Shown here: positions 1-10,595 of the stretch, one piece after another | Layout: each line of letters opens with the position of its first letter | How positions within the stretch are numbered: the stretch's first letter is position 1 | From: Diplonema japonicum | Taxonomy: Eukaryota; Protista; Euglenozoa: Diplonemea | Reading direction: 5' to 3' | DNA: 64,000 nt | Assembly (NCBI GenBank): GCA_964019335.1 | Contig: OZ025661.1 | Coordinates: 682,001 to 746,000, forward strand | Position numbers and translations under genes: made by a program | The notes under the pieces: model-generated | What the model was told of the DNA's origin: nothing | What the model saw: only the letters and a program-made list of their open reading frames with translations | The model's database searches: none

Positions 1-113
1 AAAGGGACCCCTTTTTTTAAAAAAAAAAAACTTTTTGCTTCCATCTCTCCTATTCTCCCCCTTCCCTCCTACTCCCTCTCTATTTATTTACAAAAAAAAG
101 GGGGAAAAAAAAA

Positions 114-1457
114 ATGAAACGTTTGCTAATTATAATGATAGTGGGGGTCCAGCTGGCGACCGCGAGACAATGCGGGCAACCGGCGTTCACGGACGACCCG
201 GAAAAACAAACGAGGGAGTGCTCCGACAGGCAGTGCTCGAGGTACTGGAAGGGCTACTGCGTGAGGGGCCTGGCGGTCAACGAAACCTGCGACATCGATG
301 ATGACTGCTACACAGGCAAGTGCACCGACCACCTATGCGACAATGACGGCTGCGACACCGATGTAATATTCGCAGGATGCGCAAGAAGCGGCACGAAAAG
401 CTCGGGACTTGGCTACATATGCGCCATGATCGCCGTTCTCTTCTTCGGCTCCAACTTCGTCCCCGTGAAAACCTGTAAAACAGGAAACGGAATTTTCTTC
501 CAATGGGTGGTATGCAGCGCAATCATGCTAGCAGGCATGGTGGTCCAACTTTTCCGAGGCTCCCCAGACTTCCACCCCTACGCCATGTTCGGGGGATTCC
601 TCTGGTGCACGGGAAATATTATGTCCGTCACTATTATTAAATGCATTGGATTGTCATTAGGTTTATGCATATGGGGAGCATGTAACATGTTAACAGGGTG
701 GTCGTCAGGGAAATTTGGAATGTTTGGAGTTGTGAAGGAAACGGTGGACAACACGGGTTTGAACGTTGCAGGGGTGGTGATCGCGTCGATCGCAGTGTTC
801 GCATTTGCTTCAATCGAACCGTCTCTCGACAAGAAAAAAAAATCCTCTTCAGAAGACACCGACGACGATGAAGAAAACGATGTTCTCGTGAATGACAACG
901 AAACCCGCAGCGACGCCACCGTTCCTTCTTTTGAAGAATCTCTCGGGCCAATGCGGAAGCCTGTTGGAATAGCCATGTCGGTACTAAGCGGTATCTTATA
1001 TGGATTAAACTTCGACCCCCCTACGCACATGGCAAACCATGCTGGGGAACTTACTCTTAAAGGAAACACGCTTTACTCAGGAAACTCTCTAGACTACGTT
1101 TTCTCCCATTTCTGCGGTATCTACGCCACATCTACGTTCTACATGATGTTATATGCTGCATTTCAAATGGCTAAGCCCGAATACAAGGACACAGTTAGCT
1201 ACCACGCGATGCTGTTGCCGGCGTTTCTCTCTGGGCTTATGTGGGGGGTGGCGGATATTTGTTGGTTCGTCGCAAATGGAAATCTTGGGTTGATGGTGTC
1301 CTTCCCCTTGGTCACTACTGGACCCGGGCTTGTTTCAGCCATTTGGGGTGTTGTGGTGTTCAAGGAGATAACCGGTAAGACAAATCTTATCAAGCTTGTC
1401 AGCGCATTCTGCGTGCTTGGTGCCGCGGTCACTATGATAACACTGTCGAAGAATTAA
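114..1457 (+). CDS. TMEM144: TMEM144-like drug/metabolite-transporter family membrane protein with N-terminal signal peptide and Cys-rich domain
   Basis: 447-aa ORF. Motifs FFGSNFVPVK, GNGIFFQWVVC, AMFGGFLWCTGN, DYVFSHFCGIY, SGLMWGVAD and WGVVVFKEI match TMEM144. About 10 TM helices, preceded by a hydrophobic leader and a Cys-rich segment. Confidence 0.88.
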   Translation: MKRLLIIMIVGVQLATARQCGQPAFTDDPEKQTRECSDRQCSRYWKGYCVRGLAVNETCDIDDDCYTGKCTDHLCDNDGCDTDVIFAGCARSGTKSSGLGYICAMIAVLFFGSNFVPVKTCKTGNGIFFQWVVCSAIMLAGMVVQLFRGSPDFHPYAMFGGFLWCTGNIMSVTIIKCIGLSLGLCIWGACNMLTGWSSGKFGMFGVVKETVDNTGLNVAGVVIASIAVFAFASIEPSLDKKKKSSSEDTDDDEENDVLVNDNETRSDATVPSFEESLGPMRKPVGIAMSVLSGILYGLNFDPPTHMANHAGELTLKGNTLYSGNSLDYVFSHFCGIYATSTFYMMLYAAFQMAKPEYKDTVSYHAMLLPAFLSGLMWGVADICWFVANGNLGLMVSFPLVTTGPGLVSAIWGVVVFKEITGKTNLIKLVSAFCVLGAAVTMITLSKN

Positions 1458-1552
1458 TTTTTTTTTTTTTTGATCTGTGTGTTTTTTTTTTTTTTTTTTT
1501 TTTTTGTTCCCCCCCACCCCCACTCTTCTTTTTGAAAAAAAAAAAAGAAAGG

Positions 1553-1584
<32 letters not shown>

Positions 1585-1864
1585 GAGTTTCTTTTTGTGT
1601 CTCCCTTTTTTTTTTGTTCCCTTTTATCAGTGCGTGGATCTCCGAAGGTGAAGATATATAATTGAGGGGGATGGGATTTTTTTTTTTCTCTTTTTTTTTC
1701 TTTTTTTTTCTCGCCACCCACTTTATAAAAAAAAAAAAGGTGGAACCATTTGAAGGAAAGGGCTCTTCCCCGTCGTTCTCCCCTTTTTTTTTCTTCTTGC
1801 GTTCCTCTGTATGCACACAGATGCATTTTTTTTTTTTTTTTTGTACCTTTTTTTTTCCTCTTCT

Positions 1865-1900
<36 letters not shown>

Positions 1901-2521
1901 TCGTAAGCTGAGAAAGGCTGGGCTTTAACACCAGGGACGGGAGAGGAAGGGGAAAAAAAAGAAAATAGAAAAAAAAAAAAAAACAAGATCTTCGCAAGCC
2001 TTTTTTTTGTTGGAGGAATAAGTAAGGTAAAAGTGGAAGCGGGGGGGCGGAGGGGTGCAGGGAAAAAAAAGCAAGGCAACCTTTTACTTTTCTCCTCTTT
2101 TTCTTTCCTCTCCCTCCTTTTTTCTTTGTATTCCCTCATTTTCTCCGGGCAGTCAATAGCCAGGCAGCTTTTCTTTTCAATTTTTTTTTCCACTCCCATC
2201 ATAGTGATCCCCCCCCTTTTCTCGGGCATTCAAACCGGGAAGTTGCGCAAAAAAGAAAGAAAAAGAAAGGCTAGATTCAGATTTCCTTTGTTTACTTTTT
2301 TTTGTTGTTGTTTTTTTTTTTTTTTTTTTTAACCTCCTCTTTTTTCCTTCTTCTCCCCCCCCCCCCCCTTCACTTCCAAAGAAGGGAGGAGAAAAAGAGG
2401 GAGGGAACGGCTCCTCTTTTTTTTTTTTTTTTGGAAAGTCCCTTTTTTTCAATTTTTAAAAGGAAAAAAAAATCTTAAATTTTTGAACAGGAAAAAAAAA
2501 AAAAAAAAAGAGGGGGGAAAA

Positions 2522-4551
2522 ATGGGCGATCAAGAAGAAGAAGTCGATGCTGAGGCCGACGAACAGCAGGTTGTGATCCCGGAAATTTGGAAATTTGCAG
2601 ACCCAGAGAGCACAGACGGCGGCGCTGTGGGTCCGGGTCCGCAGATCGGAAAAATAGTAAAGTATCTGAACGAGAAAGAGGAAGAGGAGCTCCTCGAAGA
2701 GCTGAAAAAAACAAACCCGGAAACGGGCCAGAGCCTGCTCATGTGGGCCACGCTCCAACAAAAATTCGTTCTAGTCGAATGGCTGGTGAAGAAGGCCGCC
2801 CGCTCCGCCTTCGTCTTCGACGACAAAGAACTGGGTGTCTACGACAAATTCGTGGAGAAGAGAAAAGAACGCGAGCAAGAAGAAAAAGAACGCCTCGAAG
2901 CCCTAGAAGAAAACGGGGAACCGGAAGACCCGGAGGAAGAAAAGGAAACACCACCACCCATCCACGAACTAGTCATCGCTGAGTACGCCGACGACGAAGG
3001 TTCCAACCCTTACAAAATCCGCGCCATCGGCGAACTAGGCATCTACCAAGGCCAGCGAAACGCCATCACAAACACAAAAACCGGCCTCGGACAGTCCCTG
3101 TACCCAAACGGCGACTGCTACATAGGACAGTACTCCGACAACAAACGCCAGGGCATCGGCTGCTACTGGTGGGCCTCCTCCGGTGAAATCTACATTGGAA
3201 ACTGGATGGACAACCACAGACACGCATCCGGGAGAATGCTCCACCCCGACGGGGGAAAATATTATGGTTTATGGAAAATGGACGAAAAATGCGGGAAAGG
3301 CCGTTTCACCTACCCAACAGGCGACACTTACTCAGGAGACTGGGTTGCCGGGAAGCGTTCCGGCCAAGGCACGTACACCGTCGCAGCGGACATGTCCGTC
3401 TTCTCAGGCGCGTTTCACACCGATAACTTCGTCACGGGAGAATGGAGGCTGTCCGGAGGAGTTCGTTACTACGGTGCCTTCGACCAGTTCAAACCCGTCG
3501 GCAAGGGTGTTTTCCTGCACCGGTTTGGGCAGGAAGGTGCGTTCACCCAAGACGGAATCTACACAAACGGTGAATGGCAGCCTTTTGAGATCAAGCGTGC
3601 GACGGATTCCTCCCCTTCGTTTTCATTGTCGGTACAAGGGAAGGACCTCTCTCTGTCCGCCACCCCCGATTTGAAAATATCCCTGATGACCCTGATCAGG
3701 GTCGCGAATTTCAGACCGTTTGAAGATTGGGTGAAAAAGATAGAAACCCCGAGTTCGATCCCGGGTGGGTACCATGTTAACTCGTTAAAGGTGAGCTCTG
3801 TTGAATGGGTTCCCGGGACGAAGATCCTCCGTTCTGTTACGGTGAAAGTGAGCGCGTTCACGGACAACCAGGTTCGCCACCCTTCCCCGACGTCTTTTGT
3901 GTTTGCAGAGGACAACGCTGTTTTGGTACCTGTCCTGCGTTGTAACGGTGAAGAAGTGGCGATTTTCCTGAAACGGCCTGTTCCGTCTGCTGGTGATTTA
4001 GATGCGTCAGTGCTGATCGATGTGACAATGTCTGCTGGGGGTGAGCTTCGCAGTGACTATCTAGACAGCTTGAACACAATAGGGATCAACGTTACCTCTG
4101 GCAATGTCGTCAAACTGTCGAAAATATCTTCGGGTGAAACCCGTTTTGCAGAACCGCACTCGCTCTGTTCCGCGTTCGAGGTCCTCTTCTTCACGCAGGA
4201 GGTCACACCTGATTTCTTTTCCACTTTGAACGATCGGTTAGCCGGGCTGACACCTCACGGTGGGCTGTGGCGGTTCGCGGCTGGAGATCTGGAAGATTTC
4301 TCTTCAAAAACACCGGTCACAAGCTCATACAGTGCGTGTCACCTTGTCAAGAAAGCCGTTGAGGCCGGGACGCTCCCGTCCGCAACTTCCGAAAAAATGC
4401 GGCCCCCCACTCCTCCTCCACCTGTGCCCGAGCCGAGACCTGAGGTATGGTTTTTTTTTGGGGGGGGGATGGGAAAAAAAAAAAGTTACCTGATGTACTG
4501 CCCGAAGAACAGGCCTTGGAAATGCCCAAGGAAGCCGAGGACGAAGATTAA
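2522..4551 (+). CDS. MORN-repeat protein with an ankyrin-like N-terminal segment and a degenerate Nudix-like C-terminal domain; exons 2522-4444 and 4486-4551
   Basis: Repeated YxGxW/Y-xxxKxxGxG MORN motifs. GQSLLMWAT...LVEWLV is ankyrin-like. Intron GTATGG..AAAAG at 4445-4485 restores the frame to ...PEPRPE|LPDVLPEEQALEMPKEAEDED*. An alternative in-frame acceptor exists at 4512. Confidence 0.8.
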
Positions 4552-4789
4552 GAGGGAAAAAAAAAAGTGTTCATAAATACCCTGAAAAAAATGTTTTTCA
4601 TCTTACTACCCCCTTCCCCCCCCCATTCTTTTGTAAATAAAGAAAACAGTTTTCTTAACACCATTTTGAGTAAAAATGAACGCACAACCACCCCCCTCCC
4701 CTTTTTTTCTTATTTTCTTTTTTTCTTTTGTATCTCAAACGATTTTCTTCCGCAAAGGAAAGGGGCGGGGGAAAATTTTAAAAAAGAAA

Positions 4790-5830
4790 ATGAAAGCTGT
4801 GATTGCGAGGAGCATGCTGACGTGCCCGTTTTCAAACCTGGCAGTTGAAGACAAAATGCTGCAACTCTACGAGGCCAAGAAGAAGAAACCCCCTGTTCTG
4901 AACGACGACACCGTGCAGCTCTTCACATATTACAACGAGCCATCAGTGATACTGGGGAGGTACCAAAACCAGTTTCTGGAGTGCAACCCGGAAAAAGTAA
5001 AAAAAATGGCGACCTTGGTGAGACGAAACAGCGGCGGGGGCACCGTGTACCACGATTCCGGGTGTTTGTGTTTTTCGGTCATCACTCCGAGAGCCATGTA
5101 CTCCCCAAAAAGAAGTATTGAAATGGTGTCAAAATCGCTCGAAAAAGCGGGTGTCCCAGGCACGACCCCAGGACCCCGCCACGATCTGTGGATCTCCGAA
5201 AATAAAATATGTGGGTCCGCCTTCCGGATCCTTTCAAAAGGTGCTTACCACCACGGAACGCTACTGATCAGCACCGATTTGTCAAGTCTAAAAGGCTCCT
5301 TACGGCCCAACCCATTCGACTCTACTCATATCCAATGCAAATCTGTCGGGTCAGTCCGTTCCCCTGTCGTGAACACAGGCGGCGACCCTGTTCGAATTCG
5401 TGAAGCGATAGAAAATCAACTCCTTGAGGAGTACGGGGTGGTCGATGTGACCCGTAGAACAGTGACATCTCTCGACTCTGATGAACGCGAAGAGAGGGAC
5501 CGGCTCACATCTCTCGTCGTTGCAGGAACACCGACCTTTACCCACCGCTGCCATACAAGGTCATTGACCCTTGATTTCAAGGTTGCCAAGGGTCGTGTTG
5601 CGTCGGTCACTACATGTCATTTTAACCACAACCAGATCGCCATGCCTGTGCTCGCAGACTGTTTCTCGCGGCTTCTCGTCGGGGAATGTTACAGCAGGGG
5701 CGAGGTGTTGAACTGCCTCGCGCTGGCCGAGGGGGTGGTAGAGCGCGCGGACGCGTCCCCGTACGAGGAGGAGAACTGTGCGGCGTGCATTGAGGCCGTG
5801 GTGAGGGAGCTGGAACAGGAAGGATTCTAG
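4790..5830 (+). CDS. Lipoate-protein ligase A / lipoyltransferase
   Basis: Motifs NLAVED, PSVILGRYQN, LVRRNSGGGTVYHD, KICGSA, HHGTLL and SVRSPV. Start taken at the ATG after the A-run (MKAVIARS). Confidence 0.92.
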   Translation: MKAVIARSMLTCPFSNLAVEDKMLQLYEAKKKKPPVLNDDTVQLFTYYNEPSVILGRYQNQFLECNPEKVKKMATLVRRNSGGGTVYHDSGCLCFSVITPRAMYSPKRSIEMVSKSLEKAGVPGTTPGPRHDLWISENKICGSAFRILSKGAYHHGTLLISTDLSSLKGSLRPNPFDSTHIQCKSVGSVRSPVVNTGGDPVRIREAIENQLLEEYGVVDVTRRTVTSLDSDEREERDRLTSLVVAGTPTFTHRCHTRSLTLDFKVAKGRVASVTTCHFNHNQIAMPVLADCFSRLLVGECYSRGEVLNCLALAEGVVERADASPYEEENCAACIEAVVRELEQEGF

Positions 5831-5989
5831 AAAAGAAAAAAAAAGAAGAAAGAAAAAAAAACTCCCCCCTCTTTCTAACTTTTTGCCAAAAGGCTTGATG
5901 GCTTTAAAAAAAAAAAAAAAAACGTGTTTGCATTTTTTTTTAAAAGAACTTTCATAGACCGAAGTCATAATGAGTCATTGCCCGAAAAA

Positions 5990-6352
5990 AAAAAAAAAAA
6001 AAAAAAACATCGTCCCACAATCTGCCTATAATCGGATAAGCAAAAAACATCATGGAAAAAAAAGAGCACCCTCTCTGGGGGGGTCTTTGTTGGAGGAGCT
6101 GCAGGGACGTTTGGTCCATGTTGCAAATAAGCTTAGGCTTTATTCGGTGTTCGTCAATCAGTGCCCTGACTTCCATGGCGAAGGTCCTTGCTCTACTTTG
6201 TCCCCTTGGTTCCCGGTGGTGGGCCTGCGGCTGGTATAGCCTCTCCTGTGGCAAAGCTTGTCCCAGTTGGGGGAAAATGAAATAATGCCTCCAAAGTACA
6301 CGAGGTCCGTTTTCCGGGCATTTGTCCGTCCGACATTTTTCACTTTAACCAA
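5990..6352 (-). mobile_element. pogo/Tc5-like (CENP-B HTH + DDE_1) transposase remnant
   Basis: Frameshifted minus-strand fragments: FSPNWDKLCHRRGYTSRRPTT (end of a CENP-B-type HTH) and IKPKLICNMDQTSL (first catalytic Asp motif). No TIRs identified. Confidence 0.7.
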
Positions 6353-6444
6353 CCCTCGACCCCCGTGAGAGGAGTCGCGGTCTCTATAAAAAAAAAAAAA
6401 AAAACCAATTATACTTCTACACAGCAGGGGGAGTGTGGGGAGGT

Positions 6445-8710
6445 ATGGCAGCTGTAGGCCTCAACGATACTGAGGCGTGCAGGAGATTCGACCCCCGCCC
6501 CCCCGAGGGCTGGGTGGTCAGGCAGAGCACAACACGCCCGGGAGTTTTCTATTATGTAAACAAGGTATTAACAAAAACAACAACAAAACAAAAAAAAAAA
6601 AACACAGGGCACGGGCGAAACGGCAGTCGAAAGGCCTGCACCCATCGTGTCAGCACCGCAGGGGGTACCCAGGGGGAGCTTCCCGAACATTCACGCTGTC
6701 TGGGTTGGGAGAGATAAACTATTAGACTGGCATCAGAAGCTAGAAGGGAGATTCGCAGGCGTAGTAGTCGGGTTCTACATAAGGTTCAGGTTGGAAGACG
6801 CGGCTAACGGGAAGGCACACTACAAAGTAGGAAGAATCCGAGGGGTGACGGACGAGTGGAGGATTTTCATTGACTTGGGGAAAGGGTTGAACCACAGGGG
6901 GGACACAACGGGGATCGATTGCGTCTCCAATTCGGTTTTCACACCAGACGAGGTGAAAGGCTGGCAAGACGGGCTGGACCAAACACAAATGGCGACATTA
7001 GTAACAGACGTGTTCCACACGGAAAGCAGGCTGAGGTCTATCGAAGCAGAGCTGAAGAACATGCCGGACGCCACCCCTCGAAAGAAGGAAAAACGCCCGG
7101 TTCCACAACAACAACCACAACCGCTTCAGCAGCAACAACAACCACAACCGCAAGACACCAGATGGGATCGGAAAGCCCCGAACACACCCTCATCCAAAGC
7201 CACCTCCATGGCATCTGTTCCCGTACCGGGTACACCACCCAATGTACACTTACAACACCCTCAAGGCGTTCCTGGGATGTCTTTGAACAAGAACGATGTG
7301 ACGACTCCTCACGGGCACCGTTCGCGATCAAGGTCGCAGCCAAAGACGAACTTTGCCGGGCAGAAACAGACAACGGGGTACAGCGTCAGTTCGCTTCCGC
7401 CTCCCAAAGCTTGTCTTGTTTCCCCGCAAGTCCTTCTCCTTGACGAAAGAGGCGACACCAAGGGAATGTGCACAATGTCCGACGTAGTAACAAGAGCAAC
7501 AACCGTCGAACCTGACACTCCAATGGGCTCAGGTGGTGGATTCGATCCCTTCGCAACCGCTGATGCCGGTGCGGAACAAGACATTTTAGGGACAGAATCG
7601 ACAATCATGAGAATAAGAGATCTGGAGGCAGCGGAGCCGTTAGACGAAACAGCACGCCCTCGCGAGGCGACAACGGTCCTCCACATGATTATGGAAGCGG
7701 CGGTCGATGGTGGGAAGGAATTTGTGTACCACCGTCCGAGAGAGCTTGGAACCGCGATTCTACAGCTTTGCAGGGCGGTCCGGCCTGTTTTGGAGAAGGA
7801 ACCGTTGTTGCAAAGACTGTCGTCGCCGTTGTACGTCTTCGGTGACATCCACGGAAACTTCTCAGACCTGTACTGTTTCATGAAGAATATCATCTCGTTT
7901 GGGGAGCTGAGCTACACTGCAGCGGACCTCTTATTCCTTGGAGACTATGTGGACCGTGGAACATGTTCTATGGAGTGTATAGTGTTCCTGCTTGCGTACA
8001 AGTTGCTGTCGCCGAATAAAATCTTCCTGATGAGGGGAAACCACGAGTCCCCGGAGGTGAACGGCGACGTCGCGACCTACGGAACAGTCTCCTTCAGGCA
8101 CCAGTGCCTCATGCTATTCGGAGAGGACATGGGCACGCAGGTCTGGACAAACGTGAACGCTTTGTTCAGATACCTTAGCTTGTCGGCTGTTATCGACGAC
8201 AGAATTTTCTGCTCGCACGGTGGAATCCCCCAGTACTATGGTGGTCCGGACACCAGACTCGACATTCTTGAAAAATCCAATTTCCCACGGTTTGAAGAGG
8301 TTCAAAGCGGGAACCCAGAGGTGGAAACACGAGATTATAGACAGTTTGTGTCCGATCTGTTATGGTCGGACCCTGCAGAGCCTGGAATGACACTTAATGA
8401 ACATGGGTTTGGTGCGAACCCCAGGGGTCCAGGGATCAAAACTTTTGGGAAGCGGGCCGTAGACACCTTTTTGTACAACCACAACTTCGATTATATTATC
8501 AGGGCACACCAGGAAAAGTCTAACGGTTTGCGGCTCAGCGACAACGGCCGCGTGATCACTATCTTCTCATCCTCCGACTACGGCGGGCATCAGAACGGTG
8601 CCGGGGTCCTCCTCATTTCAAAAGGGAAAATACGGATGGCGATCAAGGATCCCCTCAGTGCCGGTTACACTGATTTACACCTACCAGGTGGGAGAAGGTC
8701 GGCCTGGTGA
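6445..8710 (+). CDS. PPP-family Ser/Thr protein phosphatase with N-terminal WW and Plus3-like domains; exons 6445-6564 and 6608-8710
   Basis: Catalytic motifs GDIHG, GDYVDRG, RGNHE, HGG, DLLWSDP and IIRAHQ are intact. Splicing GTATTA..CACAG (6565-6607) builds the WW domain PPEGWVVRQSTTRPGVFYYVNK|GTGETAVERP. A Plus3-like block follows (LLDW..FAGVVVGFYIRF..YKVGRI..CVSNSVFTPDEVKGW). Confidence 0.9.
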
Positions 8711-8803
8711 GTTGGTGGTTTTTTTTTTCTTTTTTATAGATTTTTTTTTTGTTCACATTCCCTTTTTTTTTCCCTTCCCTCCCTTTCCCATTTTTTTTTT
8801 CCC

Positions 8804-8841
<38 letters not shown>

Positions 8842-9073
8842 AGAGTTCGAATAATAATAAAAAAGAGTGAAAAAAAAAGTAAATTTAACCCACCCCATTC
8901 TCTTTCCCCTCCCCTCCGCAGTTGCTACCAGTTGGGTTAATAATTATAAAAAGGAGGGGAGGGGGAATACGAGACCGGTGAAAACATAGCGTGAATAAGT
9001 TAAGAACTATAAAAAAAAGAATTAAGAGTAACTTTTTTTTTTGTTTGTTTCTTTCTTCTTTTTTTTTTCTAAT

Positions 9074-9268
9074 CTCCTAAAGGACCGAGGCCCGTATTTA
9101 CGGTAACCCCCAGTTTTTTACTTCGTTAATTTTTATAAAAGGGGGCATGCAACCTTGAAGATACAGGGAAGCGTAAATGTGTGCCAAAATTTTTCAATCC
9201 CAGTTGTCAAAAAAAAAAAAAAAAAAAAAAAATTGAAATTGGGACAAAAACGCTTGGTCCTTTAGGGG
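9074..9268. mobile_element. piggyBac-related MITE (about 195 bp)
   Basis: Inverted ends CTCCTAAAGGACCGAG / CTTGGTCCTTTAGGGG. The reverse complement of 9085-9208 aligns with the right subterminal region (55430-55565) of the piggyBac element. TSD is not clean. Confidence 0.65.
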
Positions 9269-9944
9269 CTAGGGAGAGGAAAAAGAGAAAAAAAAATGAC
9301 TGAGAGAAAACTGGTTCCTCCTTTCTTTCAAAAAAAAAAAAAGAAAGACAATTGTTACTTTTTTGTTTTGGCTTCTCCCCTCTCTCTCCCCCAACTCAAA
9401 AAAAAGGGGGAAAAAAAAACGAAACATTGTTCCTTCTTTCAGGGTTTGCCATTTTCATATCTTCTCATGATTCAGCATTTGGGAAAAGGGGGGGGCAGCT
9501 TTTATTTTTCATAGTTATGTAATTTTTCCAGGAAGAGGTATTGGCATTGAGAGAAGGAGAGGGGGGGAAGAACCCCCTGAGTTGTTTAGATTTAACAGAA
9601 AAAGAAAGGAAGAAAAAATTAAGAAAGAGGAAAAATAATACTGGTTAGATATATCACTAAGATGCTCCATGCAGTTTAGAAAAAAAAAAGGGGGGGAAAG
9701 GTTAGGTGCGTTCAAGGAGGCTACACATCTTTTTTTTCGAAGAAACAAAGCGTTCACCTGACCTTTTTTTTCTTCTTCTCTTTTTTTTGTTGTTGTTGCT
9801 TGGAACATGTAGAATATGAGGAAGAAGGAGAGGAGAGGGGGGGGGGGGGGGGGGGAAGAATCTTATTCCCCTCCCCCTCCCCACTTAGACATTTTTTTTT
9901 TCTTTTTTTTGTAATATAAGGCCTAAGTAAGCCTGGGGTGCTGC

Positions 9945-9977
<33 letters not shown>

Positions 9978-10595
9978 GCGAATAGTGAAAATAGTGGTGT
10001 TTTCATTTTTCCCCTATACTTTATTGATCGCTCTCCCCCGACTAACACAGCTTGTTTAAAGGTGTCAGAACGGCCTCGGGGAAGGGCCCTGAAGTTCTTT
10101 TTGACGGCAAGGACTCGCCTCTGAAGGAAGACCGGTAAACTGCTTCATCTCCGACGGCTTCATAAAGTTAGGCGCACCGCGGTGAGCCGTTGCTAACCGC
10201 TTCGTTTCCAATAGTGATTTTCCCCCCCTCTTTTTTTTTCTTTAGGAGCACCCATAACCACACCTCTCGTGCCGCTGCACGACCGTCATGAGGGTGGGGG
10301 GGGGGGGGGGGGGAAGTGTAACTGCTCTCTACATTCTTCTTCCTCCGCGGGCCTTTTTTTCTTTAAAAAACTTGCTCCCCCCCCCCCCCCCCTATTTTTA
10401 ACCCGCTCTTCTCCTTTTTAAAAAAACAAAAAAAAAATGAAGATGTTCTTCCAATTAAGTCGCATCCCACCCCCATCCTTCATGTGTCCCTTCCCTTTTT
10501 TTTGACTTCCGCCGTTTCTTCTTCTTTTTTTATTGTTGAATTCTTTCAAGTGGTTTTAAAAAAAAAAAAGAAAATAAAAGGGAAGGAACACAAAG

